Positions 42,501-54,500 of a stretch of DNA of 64,000 bases are shown piece by piece. The position numbers were made by a program, and so were the translations under genes. The stretch is taken from positions 7,936,001 to 8,000,000 of the forward strand of contig NW_026889771.1 in NCBI RefSeq assembly GCF_033153115.1, written 5' to 3'. The notes below the pieces were generated by a model. The model was given only the letters and a program-made list of their open reading frames with translations. It was not told where the DNA came from and made no database searches. Within the stretch, counting starts at the first letter, position 1. The number at the start of each line of letters is the position of its first letter. Origin of the DNA: Saccostrea echinata. Lineage: Eukaryota.

Positions 42501-45500
42501 CAAAATGGAAGACAATTAGGATGACCAGGAATCAACAAAATAATTAATCTGGTGCTCAGTAACAAATCTGAAGTAGATCTATTTTCTTGCCTGTACTTGC
42601 TCCCACGTTACAATCACCATTCTGACTAAACAAAACAGTAGTGCTTAAGCACTTTCAGAAAACTAATCACTCTTTCTCATCATAACCATGTACTAAATAT
42701 GTTTGCTTAATACTCATGGGCAAAAAAATATGAGCTATGAATTTCATAATTTTGGAAGAGGTATCCTTGCTCATCATAACCATGCAAGGTTTACCATTTG
42801 ATAAATTTCAATGTATGACAAATTTAGCCCCTCTCTGGGCCTTGTACTTTGACCTGGGATACATGAATTTCATAATTTTTGTAGTGTGCTAACTATTCAT
42901 TATTATCATACAAACAATATGCCTGCTAGAAAAAGATTTTTGTTCCCACTTTTGTGAAAGCAAGGAGAAATTAAATCTCAATCTTTTGTGTGTCTGTCAA
43001 AAGAGAAGCTGAAAATACTTGAAAACTAGAAATATGTCCATAGGACATGAATGCCCCGCCGAGGGTATATTAATAATGCAACATTTTAACACAATTTGAG
43101 AAAAGTAAGGTCAAGGTCAAAGGAAAGGTCAAGGTGAAAAAATATTGATGCAGTTAAATAGCTTACATCAGTATGTATCAGCATATGAAGTTTGACACTA
43201 ATTTAAGAAAAGTGAGGTCAAGGTCAAAAGAAAGGTCAAGGTCAATAATTGTTGTTGCAGTTGAAAAGGTTACATCAGTATGTATTAGCATATGAAGTTT
43301 GATAAAAATATTATGAATGGTTTCTTTAAAACTGAGCTAAACACTTATTTAAGAAAAGTGAGGTCAAGGTCAAAGGAAAGGTCAAGGTCAAAATATATTG
43401 ATGCAGTTGAATAGCTATCATCAGTATGTATGAGCATATGAAGTATGACACTAATTTAAGAAAAGTGAGGTCAAAGGAAAGGTCAAGGTCAAAAATGTTG
43501 ATGCAGTTGAATAGCTCTCATCAGTATGTATCAGCATATGAAGTTTGATAACACTATCTTGAATGACATCTTTAAAACTGAGCTAAAAACTTATTTAGGA
43601 AAAGTGAAGTCAAGGTCAAAGGAAAGGTCAAGGTAAAAAAAAACTGATGCAGTTGAATAGCTCTCATCAGTATGTATCAGCATATGAAGTTTGTTAAAAA
43701 TATCTTGAATGGTTTCATTAAAACTGAGCTAAACACTAATTTAAGAAAAGTGAGGTCAAGGTCTAAAGAAAGGTCAAGGTCAAAAAATGTTGATGCAGTT
43801 GAATAGCTTACATCAGTATGTATCAACATATGAAGTTTGATTACACCATCTTGAATGGTATTTTTAAAACTGAGCTAAACACTAATTTAAGAAAAGTGAG
43901 ATCAAGGTCAAAGGAAAGGTCAAGGTCAAAAAATGTTGATGCAGTTGCATAGCTCTCATCAATATCCATCAGCATATGAAGGTTGATAAAAATATCTTGG
44001 ACAGTTTCTTTGAAAGTGTGACGGAAGGACAGAAGGACAGAAGACGGACATGACAAACACTATATGCCCCGGCCATATTCATTGCGGGGCATAAAAATTG
44101 CCAATGCAATACAAAGGAAGGACAACAGACAAAAATTGATAGCAAAATGTCACCTGAAAAACTCAGGTGACCTAAAGATATAAATGTTTTTTAATTAAAA
44201 ATTTTGTATAAATAGTCTGAAAGTTTAAGGAAACTATTCACAAACAACATACCATTGACTTCAGTGCAGTCTCTCAGATTAGGTGAAGGTAATGAGGCAC
44301 TAGTTGACATGGTCAGCTGCTCAACTCTGTCTAAGTGAAAAGGAAATATATGGAGATAACAAACAGTATTCAAGCTCAAAAGTCCATTCAAACAATACAA
44401 ATCAGGAGCGGTGCAAACATGGACCTGTATATAATGAGGGACACATCCCATATTACTTGTCTTGTTTGGAATGCATAATTTGGTCAATCCATAACCCCCC
44501 AACTCCAACCACCAAAAACAGAAAAAAAAACATGGATCCATCCCTAATGCCAATAAACTGGAAATATTTATGATATACTAATAAAAGTAATTACCTTTTA
44601 TTTCTTCCACAACTTGTTCACCAAGACCGAGATCTGCTTTGTGTTTAGAAACACATGTTCTGCATACAGCTTAAAATAAGACATTTAAAAAGAATTATTA
44701 ATATGTGTCCTCATGAATAAGGTTTTCTGTTTTCTTTATGAATACTTGGTCAGTTTTGCTATGGTTTCTAGCTAATTAAGACCTAGCTTCATGACTGATT
44801 TACATACATGGGTGCTATTACAAAAGAAATCATGATCAGTAAATGTAAGTGTTTCTAACATCTTGCTTATACTTCTGAAAAGTTTAATGTACACAATAAT
44901 TTGCAAAAAAACATATCTGGGTCTTAGTCGTTAAACATATTTTGGTCTCAGTTTTAAATTCTTTTGTAAAATGGGGTCTTGGCTCAGTATGTGCTTTTGG
45001 TACAAAATATCTTATCAACCTGACCTCATACATGTATTCACAAGACCTTACATGTACATGTACTTCAACATCATGACTTACTAGACTTGGCTGACCTCAG
45101 TAACATTTCACATATAATTAATATGAATCAAATAAATACATACATGGTTAGGCCATCTTTAAAAAATTGTTTGGTTGCCCTCTCCCAACCGACTGACTAA
45201 AAATAGCCTCCTTAAATTACGTTTTCAACCTGAGCCAAAATATTGTTTATCTATCGATCAAGACAGTAACCATATATTTTGTTTATCCTGCAATGTATTT
45301 TTACATCTGACCTCCAAAACGAGCTTCATTAAACCGATTTAGGCACGTTTTTACAGTTGAAACTAAAACGCCACATGGCATAAACATTGCAATATTTTTG
45401 ACGTCACAATGCTTTTAAAATGTGGGAATACATGTAAAAGGCTTTTTTAGGGCATTGACCGAATATTGTTTTACTTTACTAGGTTACCTTGATTAGGTCA

Positions 45501-48500
45501 ATGCAAGCGGCGTACCAGGGCTCTCATACCCACTTTTCTGTCCTGGGGTCTGGGTCATTAAAACTTGGAAAATTAGTGACAATTCGGGGAATACTAATCT
45601 ATGTGTTCATTCTACGTTCTACAGTAAAACACATCATATTTTGTGTTTCTGGCGTTGAGTTGTTTTCAGCTGGTTTTGTTGCCATAAATTTTCAACTAAA
45701 CAGGTCCAGCACAATCTCTTGATTAAGCTATATAGCTTGAAATAGCTATATAGCTTTATTAAGCTATTCAAAATAGCTTGATAAAGCTATTTATATGCAG
45801 GTTTTCACAAAAATGTTATTTGTACAAAATAGACAAAAAGTCGCAAGTATTTGACTATTCATATATGTAATATGGGTTATCAAATCAACAACCCAAATCA
45901 AAGATAGTTCTAACATTGCAGCATTTGAATACTTTAAAGCAAAAGATGAATTTCCATTGTCTGGGTAACTGTACACTACCTTGTGTGCGTTGAGGCATGG
46001 ATAAGTATGATTGCTTCTCATTGTACTGAATTATTACCAATCAATTATCTTGTTGACCATAATTGGCCTCCTTTATAATTTCATTGAAGAGGTAACTGTA
46101 TCAATTGCTTTATATAGCCCCCAAAACTTTTAGAACTTTGAGTACAAAGTCTCTTAAGGAGACGCAATTTGATGAGTGATTTTTACATGCATTATTTTCA
46201 TAAGAGTTCAAGGTTGAATATCATCACTGCACCAAGGTGCGACTTTTTGTGCATACTTGGAAAATAACACATTTGAGAAAAAAGTGTGATAAAATAGCTA
46301 AATCAAGCTATTCTGAATAGCTTAATAAAGCTATATAGCTAAATCAAGCTATATAGCTTAATCAAGAGATTGTGCCGGACCTGCTAAATAAGTAGCAAGT
46401 TTAGGTATATATATTCAATATTTGTCCTTGGGAAAATTTAAAACATAAATGTAATAATAATAATAATAATTCAAGGACATTCAGTACATGTGACATTTGA
46501 AAAAAATGTAGATTTGGACAAATTTCTTACTTACCTTCGCCTATCGGGACTGACAGCTGTAGACGCAACCAAAGTTCCCGACTCAAAACTGGTGTGATGC
46601 CTCTGTCTGGTTTTGTTTTAGATTTTCCATGAAAGGGATGTACACAAGATCGCTTGCTCCGTTTCCAGTACAGGCCAAGCGCGTCTCTGTGTTTATGGCA
46701 AATTTTCTTGTCTAGTTGTGCTAACGTGATCACATTAACACCTGCTCTGCATAGTATTAGATAACTTTCGGGCAGATCTATACCCTTAGAGTTCGAATTT
46801 AGGTATCTGAGATGGTGAAAGGTTTGTTTTACACAGTCTTTCAAATAATATATCGCCTTTTTTTCACAACCTTCACCAAAATCACACACCCCAGACGACA
46901 TCGCTGCCATTTTCCCTCCATGTAAACAATGGCTTTTTTCCCTTCATGCACTGAAGAGTTCGAAAAGATCGATAATTCCGAAAAAAAATTAAAGAGTTTC
47001 AAAGGTGTATTTCTTGAGACTTATCGTAAATCCAAGAAATTCCTTGAAAGATAATGTGTAAAAATTCACGTTAAATCAGATAAATGAATGTAAACAAAAG
47101 TTCACCCGTTGTATCAAACACAGCACTGTGTCTCCCATAGACAAATAAATAGTCAAGTAGATTTTCTTTAATAAAACCTTTTAAAGGATGACTGCACTTA
47201 ACGCCGGGTTTTGGGTCTTTTTCGATCGCTTCTGTTGCTTTTATATCATTATCTTATTTCATTTCTATATATTTATGAAAGAATCCTGTCAATTTCGAGC
47301 CGAATTTAAATATTAAAATGATCTTGGACTGTGATACAATAAAATGATTCTATGTTTTCTGTCCTTACTCTTTCCAAATATAGAAAATTTACACTTACCT
47401 GCCCTTGATTAAACATTAGGTATGCATGAGAGGTGGAGCTAATATTGTAAGAATGGGTCTAAAATTAGACTAGATAAATAACAATGACATGTATTAAAAA
47501 AAATACGAGATCACTCTTTCCCATTCCCTCTTTATTCTGTATGGCACAAGTACACTATGTTCAGAGGTTTCAAAAACGAAATTAACAATATGAGCGAGGT
47601 CCATGTAAGTAAAGAATCTTTTAAATCAATGCCTAACAATTTAACGTGTTCGAGCACTTTGTCCTAGTTAGCACAAAACATGCTACTTTACAAGTCACGT
47701 GACGGAATTTAGTATTCACAGACTTACCTGAGGTAAGAAATCACGTGGTGAATTATAATATTCAACATGATACAGCCCTTGGTTACAATAGAGAGAGCGA
47801 ATGTAAGAAGAAGCAGTTTTTTCTCGTTTAAACCATGAGCGCATGTTTGTCTATTAATCTCCTTTTGACACAACATTGTTAATACAAATATACAACTACT
47901 GTTAAACGGAGAACAATAGACAAACATGCGCTGACTATGTATAAAGTCAGTGAAAAAGTGGGCGTCCTCATTATCGAACGGAGATTCAAGATATTGTGAT
48001 GACCCCCGCCTTAGAAAACAGCTTCGTACTTCGTAAATACGCACTTTTATTTAATGTAATTACATAAAGTTGTAGATTAGATGTTGACCATTCGTGCAAT
48101 TAAAAGAAAAATGCTTGTTTTGAAAGTTTATTTTGTCACAATTTTCGCATGTCCTTAAGTGCAGTCATCCTTTCCCAAATGAATAAGATCTGGTAAATAA
48201 AATTTAACTTCATACAAAAACTATACTTATTAATTCTACATAGAAAACAAAAATATCCAAAATCATTGTTTTATTTGACATTTTAAAGGGCTTATAAAAG
48301 TGCTTAATTTTCCTTGAAATCCCAGCCCACCAGAGAGCTATAAATAGATTCAGGGCTATCTCAAATAGGAGAAAGCATTTGTTGAAAATTTTTTCACAAC
48401 AGATAATAAGGTCCATTTTCTTTAAAATGATGTAGTTAAAATAATCTTTTTTTAATGTGACTTGTGTAACATATTTTTATTTTTGCATGATTTTCTCGTA

Positions 48501-51500
48501 GACTCGCTCTTAAGAAATAAGGTATCATCTTTAAACATCTATCGGGATATAAATACGGGTTGGTCACGAGATCAAATTCCATGAAGCCCAAAGGGCTTTA
48601 TGGTAAATTTGATATCATACCAACCCGTATTTATATCCCGATAGATGTTTTAAAATGATACCTTATTACTTACATTTACCTTTGTGATCTATTCATATTT
48701 TAGCCTGATTATAACCTTTAACACATGAAATGTTTTATTTTTTCAAATTCAACCGCACAAGTTTGATCTATCAATTGCACGTCAACCCTTTATGACGTCA
48801 CTGAGAAATTACGTCGAACGTTTATGATGAGAGGAACTGATGTTTATACGGAAATAGATACACATCGCTTTCAATAGTGTTATTTAAAGGAAAACATTTG
48901 CAAATGTAAATATATGGGGATAAAACTCAGGGTGGGCAGACTGTGAAGCTAGAAATTCTTATGCTTCTGTAATCTTGGATTCAGGGACTTACTAAGTACA
49001 TGTACTTGTATAGTTTTTCATCTGTCTGTCTGTTTGTTGATCTCTTTGTTGGCAAACACTTTAACCTTGCCTGTAACATTTGAATAGTTGGTGCCAGGAC
49101 TTTCATATTTCACATGTGTATTTGAAAACAAGTCTTAACCATGTTAACATCTTGACATCGGTGTTTAGGACTACTAGGTCAACTATAAACTACAACATGA
49201 CCACTCTTGCTCATTTTGATAATTATCCCATCCTTTCCTGACAAGTGTTTTGTCATGGATGAAGTAAATTTCAGTTGTGATGTTTACATGGTTTACTGTT
49301 ATCATTGTCATTCTTTTGATTTTGATGCCATTTTTTGTATAAAACCCTTTCTTACATACATGTACATGTATATTAACCAGACCCGAACCAAAATCTGGAA
49401 AAATAGAACTGAAACCGAACTGAACAACTTGGACCATGGTTTTCAGTTATTTCGGGGAACTGTGATAGCCCTAGCACCAAAATTTCTGACTTCAAGACCT
49501 TGTCCTACAAGTTTGACCTATTTTTGTGCAACTTCAACCAACTTAACCTTGCATGGCCATAATTTCTGAACAGTTGGTGCTAGGGCTTTCATACTTCATA
49601 TATCTATTCTTTGTGACAACACCTTTCTTTGGGTACAAACATTTTTGACCTTGTGGCCTTGACCCTGGAGTTTGACCTACTATTGAAAAACAAATCTTGG
49701 ACAAAACTTCTGAATGGTTGGTGTTAGGATTTCCATATTTTACAAAAGTATTTATAATGACAAGATCTTTCTTTGGGCATCATTATTTTTGACCTCATGA
49801 CTTTGATCTTGGAGTTTGAACTACTTTTGAAAAAACTTTTACCCTTTTACCACTGCCATATATGGGCATCAGTATTTCACAGACATTCTTGTTTTCTTGC
49901 AGCCTATTTATGACATTCCCCCATCCCTGCCTATGTCAAAGGGGACACCAGAGAGTAATTGTAAATTGTTTATAGTCCAAGACAAAACAAAAGCAGTTCA
50001 ATCACCATAAAACAGGTCCCTTGAAACATTGTGTCAAACAACTCCCAGAAACCACAGGCAGAAGTAGAACTATAATTTGGGGGTGTAATGGCTACACTGA
50101 AGCTTGGGTAAATCAATTATCAGAGCCGATGTTGAATCACTGTTATTATCCAAGGAAATATTATTTCCCATTTGTCTACCCCCATCAAGAACATTATGTA
50201 TCCGAAATAAGTTACATGGAAGATTTTATTGAACATTTATATCCACAAATCTCATCAATGATCAATCATGCATTATGATTTCAAAAAGTAAACAATGGTT
50301 AAGATATTAGTTAATTTTGGCTAAATTTGCTTTTTTTTTTATATGACAAACAACATATATAGTAAATTGGAAGCTTTTATAGGGACAGCTGGTGTTTCTT
50401 TGATAAAATCATACTCAATGGTTCTATCTGCATCCATACAGGTTAACTGTTCCACTACAGGGTTCAACATCAACGGTTGTCCTATTGCCCGGGCAAGTAA
50501 ATTCTCAGTTTCAGCAAGTGAAACTGCTGATGTACTTGTCTGATCAGACAAGTGAAATTTTCTCTTAGAAAGTATATTGTTATTTAGCTTACATTAGTTA
50601 ATAAATAAAAAATAAATTTAATTCTTGATTTCTGATGGGTATGTGACTGACATTGGTTTTGCATAGGGATGGGTATCGCCAAAAATTTCATATCGCGATA
50701 TATCAATATTTTTTCCCAAAAATATCATGATATTTTTACAAGCAATTTTTACAATGATTTTATATATTATATATATCATATTCGTAATTTTTCCAAAAAA
50801 TATGCTGCAAAAACATAATTTCACTTTTTTCATTATTTTTCATTTGCATAATATCAAGTAATTTTGGATGCTAGGATGCCGTTCTTTTACATTTTTCAAC
50901 ATTTTTTTACACTACCTGTAATTTGAAAGATTGAACAAATAAATGAATAATTTCTGGAATTTATAACTATGTACCTAAATATTGGTATTTTAGTCTCCGT
51001 ATCACGATACATATCACGCAATTAAAAATCACAATATACCGGTATACCTATAAAATTGCACATCCCTAGTTTTGCATTCAGAATTCCTAGAGCTTCTAGA
51101 TTATACTGTTCATTTAAAAATAAATTTTATTCTATTTTCTTTTGTGGTAAATTCTGTCAATTTTTAAAAACTTTGTTCCCTACTTATAAGGAGATAAGAT
51201 TATCATTTATTTACTCACAGAATGTAAGTAAACACAAGTATCCTGATCAAGATATGTATGTTTTGTAGCAGATGTCTTTGTTTAGCATTGCTTCACAGTT
51301 ATCTCTGAAAATCAATATTTGCAAAAGGATCCTTCCAAAAATAATTTTTAAAAAATATGTACTTCATGATAAAGGAAACATGTGGTTATTACTGCATGGC
51401 AGTTTATGTTTACAGTTAAATTGACGACAGTGGTATACATTTATGTACAAATGTAGCATCAAATTTTTTTAAGGTACCCCAACTTGCCAAATAGACAGTA

Positions 51501-54500
51501 GTGTATCTGGTCCCACTTTTTACATTTAGAAATGAAGTTTTCTTCTTCCTTTCTGGTAATTTTGGGCAACCAAGTTTTGGCATTGGGACAAGTCAAAGTT
51601 TGAGATCACTTGTCTTTTGGGCAAGTGAATCTGAAAGTGAATGATATCCCTTCACTACTGTAACCAGTGATAATTACCAAGTATATGTTGATCTCCTGAG
51701 TTTCATAAGTTTCTTTGCCTATAACCAAATTGACCTCACCAGGAACTGGAACTCTGGACTCATGATGCCAATTTTTTTTTTCAATTTTAAGCATACCTCT
51801 TTCCAGCATTGTTCATAAGGGCATATGATGATGAATTTGCCACTGGGTTTAACAAACACAAATTTTCTCATACCTATGTAGTACAGGAGAAGTTTTGAGT
51901 AAATACCAGGTGAGTTGTTGCGACAACAAAAAGCAGACACAGCTAGAAGGACAGAATTTTTAATTTTGAAACACGAGGATTTTTTGCAAGGCATGTTGGC
52001 TCTTTTGTTAATTGACTATCAATGATTAGTACAATGATTATGTGTGATTCATGACCCCAAATGACAAGTTGCTAGAGCACACCAGCATACCACAAGAACC
52101 CGAAGCACTAACCTGCTCTTTGTGAAGAAGTGCCCACTTCCAAATATTGGAACTTGTCAGATTACTGGTCCTTGGATACAACTAGAAATGAAAAACAGGA
52201 AATAATTTCAATACTTAACAATAAAATGAAAGTAGTTCTTATTGGGAAAATAAATATCTCATCTTGAAATGCAAGCACCAAGTACTGATATATTTTAAGC
52301 ATACTTTAGTTGTTAAAATGTAGTAAAACTAGTAAATGAAAACTTGCTTTAATAGCCAAAAAATTCCATATTCTGGTGATCGTCTTCCAATATGTGATTC
52401 AATGAGAGTCACTCACAAANNNNNNNNNNNNNNNNNNNNNNNNNNNNNNNNNNNNNNNNNNNNNNNNNNNNNNNNNNNNNNNNNNNNNNNNNNNNNNNNN
52501 NNNNNNNNNNNNNNNNNNNNNNNNNNNNNNNNNNNNNNNNNNNNNNNNNNNNNNNNNNNNNNNNNNNNNNACAAATCCTATTACGAGTACCCCCACTCAG
52601 GGACTGTTAATGAAAGTGATTTTATGTGACGGGTGATCTTTAAATTTACAAATATTTCTCATTTAAATTTGTTTTCAGTTTTAAAAGTAGTCATCCCCCC
52701 TCCTCCAAATTTTGGTTCTAGAATGAAGATAGAGTTATCTCTCTTTGACTGTGATACTAATCGAGACAATATGATATGCTATATTTTGACTGTGATACTG
52801 ATATGCTATATTTTGACTGTGATACTGATATGCTATATTTTGACTGTGATACTGATATGCTATATTCACCAGTGATTCATTGAAGGTCCTGATCATGATA
52901 ATCTCCTCTTTATCTGTCAAACCAAGCTCATCTGCCAAGTACTGCTGGGTTATTACACCACATCTAATTGGCTGGAGTGGGTCTGGAATCAAAAGAGTTT
53001 TTAAAAAGTTTTTTTTTTTAACTTATGCTTTTTTTCATTTTCCATAGGGATTTGAAAAACACAAATGACAAATGTACTGATACATCAGTAAATGGATGCA
53101 TCCTCTGACAGGGTTCACATTCTGATAAAATTACTGCATAAAAATGTTAAATAATGGAACACATTAAGATTTTAATGTCTGAGGGTTGTCCCAGAATTCT
53201 GTAGACAAGCGTTGTTTTATAGTAACCCAGTGTCATATGCATGTATTAATGAAACTTTAGAAATAAATATACTAAGAAAAACTAACAAATTTATTTAAAT
53301 TCTGAATAATGACACAGATTTAACCTATTTAAATGAGTTAATCTAATGTCTGATGTAAAGATGTGGCCCAGTCCCAAATATCGCTACAAAAAAATCAGTA
53401 TATGAATTAAAAAACCTTGCAAAAAAGTTATTTCTAATACAGAATTTAGATTTTTTCAAATGAAACAGTTTCACAGCTTTAATCCAATTTAATGGCATAT
53501 GGCCCATATGCCTAAAAAAAAAGAATTTTAAAACATTTTATATGCAACAGTTTGACACCGTAATTGTTGAAAAATGGCAGATGCATTGATACAGGTGGCA
53601 CACTTGTAATTAATAAAATGTTGTTCGGACCTTGAATTCATTTCAACAGGAACACTCACAATGCCACTAATGTCCGGAACACATAAAAATGAAATTCAGT
53701 CCTAAGTGTTTATATTACAAGAGTTTTTAGTAGTAAATGAAGGAAAAAAGCTAAAAAACAGACCAGTTGAAAGAAATGGAAATCGCTTTGTCAAAGCGAC
53801 AATGTCTATAAGGAAGACAAACAAAAACAAAATCAGTAATATAAGAGAAGGTTTTTTTATGAATTATTTCGTCTATCGAATACAGGTTTATATTTTGTTT
53901 ATATATTTAAATATTTTATCTTATCATAACAATTAAAATATTTCACATATATATTAAAACTCATTTTGATAAATAAAGAAATGTCAATCTAGTAACTGGC
54001 GTATTTTCCAAAAAAAATCACCACTAGTAAAGTTTATGTATCTTTTGACATAGGAGATTGTGCCTAGTTGTAGGACAGGGTAACACTTAAATTCTAATTA
54101 CTCAAGGATTTTCTACGTAATCAAGTTAAAACTTTACAATTCATCAACCAAGAACACCCTGAATACATCTAGAAAATTACATAAAGATACATTAATTTTT
54201 GTAAAAGATATGAGTTCAGTCTACGTAATTTTGGGACAACCCTCATACATAGTTTAGCATTTTTGATAAAGCACCATCTATTCTTCATATCAAATAATAA
54301 TTTTTGATTTCTGGATAATGACACAGATTTATCCTATTTAAATGAATTAGTCTAATGTAGCATTTTAGTTACAATTCAAATGCCAATCAAATCATTCTTA
54401 ATAAGTTAGAAGCATTAATTATACAACTGGCAGGGCTGTTACAGCTTTTTCAAACTGAAGGATCAATCATCTAAAACTTGAGGAAAGGGACAGCAAAACA

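Larger units (their letters stand above)
38671..46910 (-). pseudogene. Sola3-type transposase gene, 6 exons, disabled by an in-frame TGA and a probable C-terminal frameshift
   Basis: Exons 46910-46535, 44669-44595, 44330-44253, 42323-42246, 41451-39473 and 39358-(38768 or 38671), all GT-AG and phase-consistent. Motifs IIDWAMKYLPQTFRETRSEWYGKQGISWH, RSDNAGCYH, FSEAQSEKVLCD. TGA at 40274-40276 is in frame between ORFs 40274-41446 and 38768-40174. A C2H2 finger and a helix-turn-helix-like tail follow. Confidence 0.85.
37189..48509 (-). mobile_element. Sola3-like DNA transposon, 11.3 kb, within TXNDC11 intron 7
   Basis: TTAA at 37185-37188 and 48510-48513. Left TIR GAGGCAGTCTACGAGAAAACCATGCA versus reverse complement of right end GAGCGAGTCTACGAGAAAATCATGCA (23/26 identical). 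GAG...CTC termini and an internal DDD transposase gene. Confidence 0.85.
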
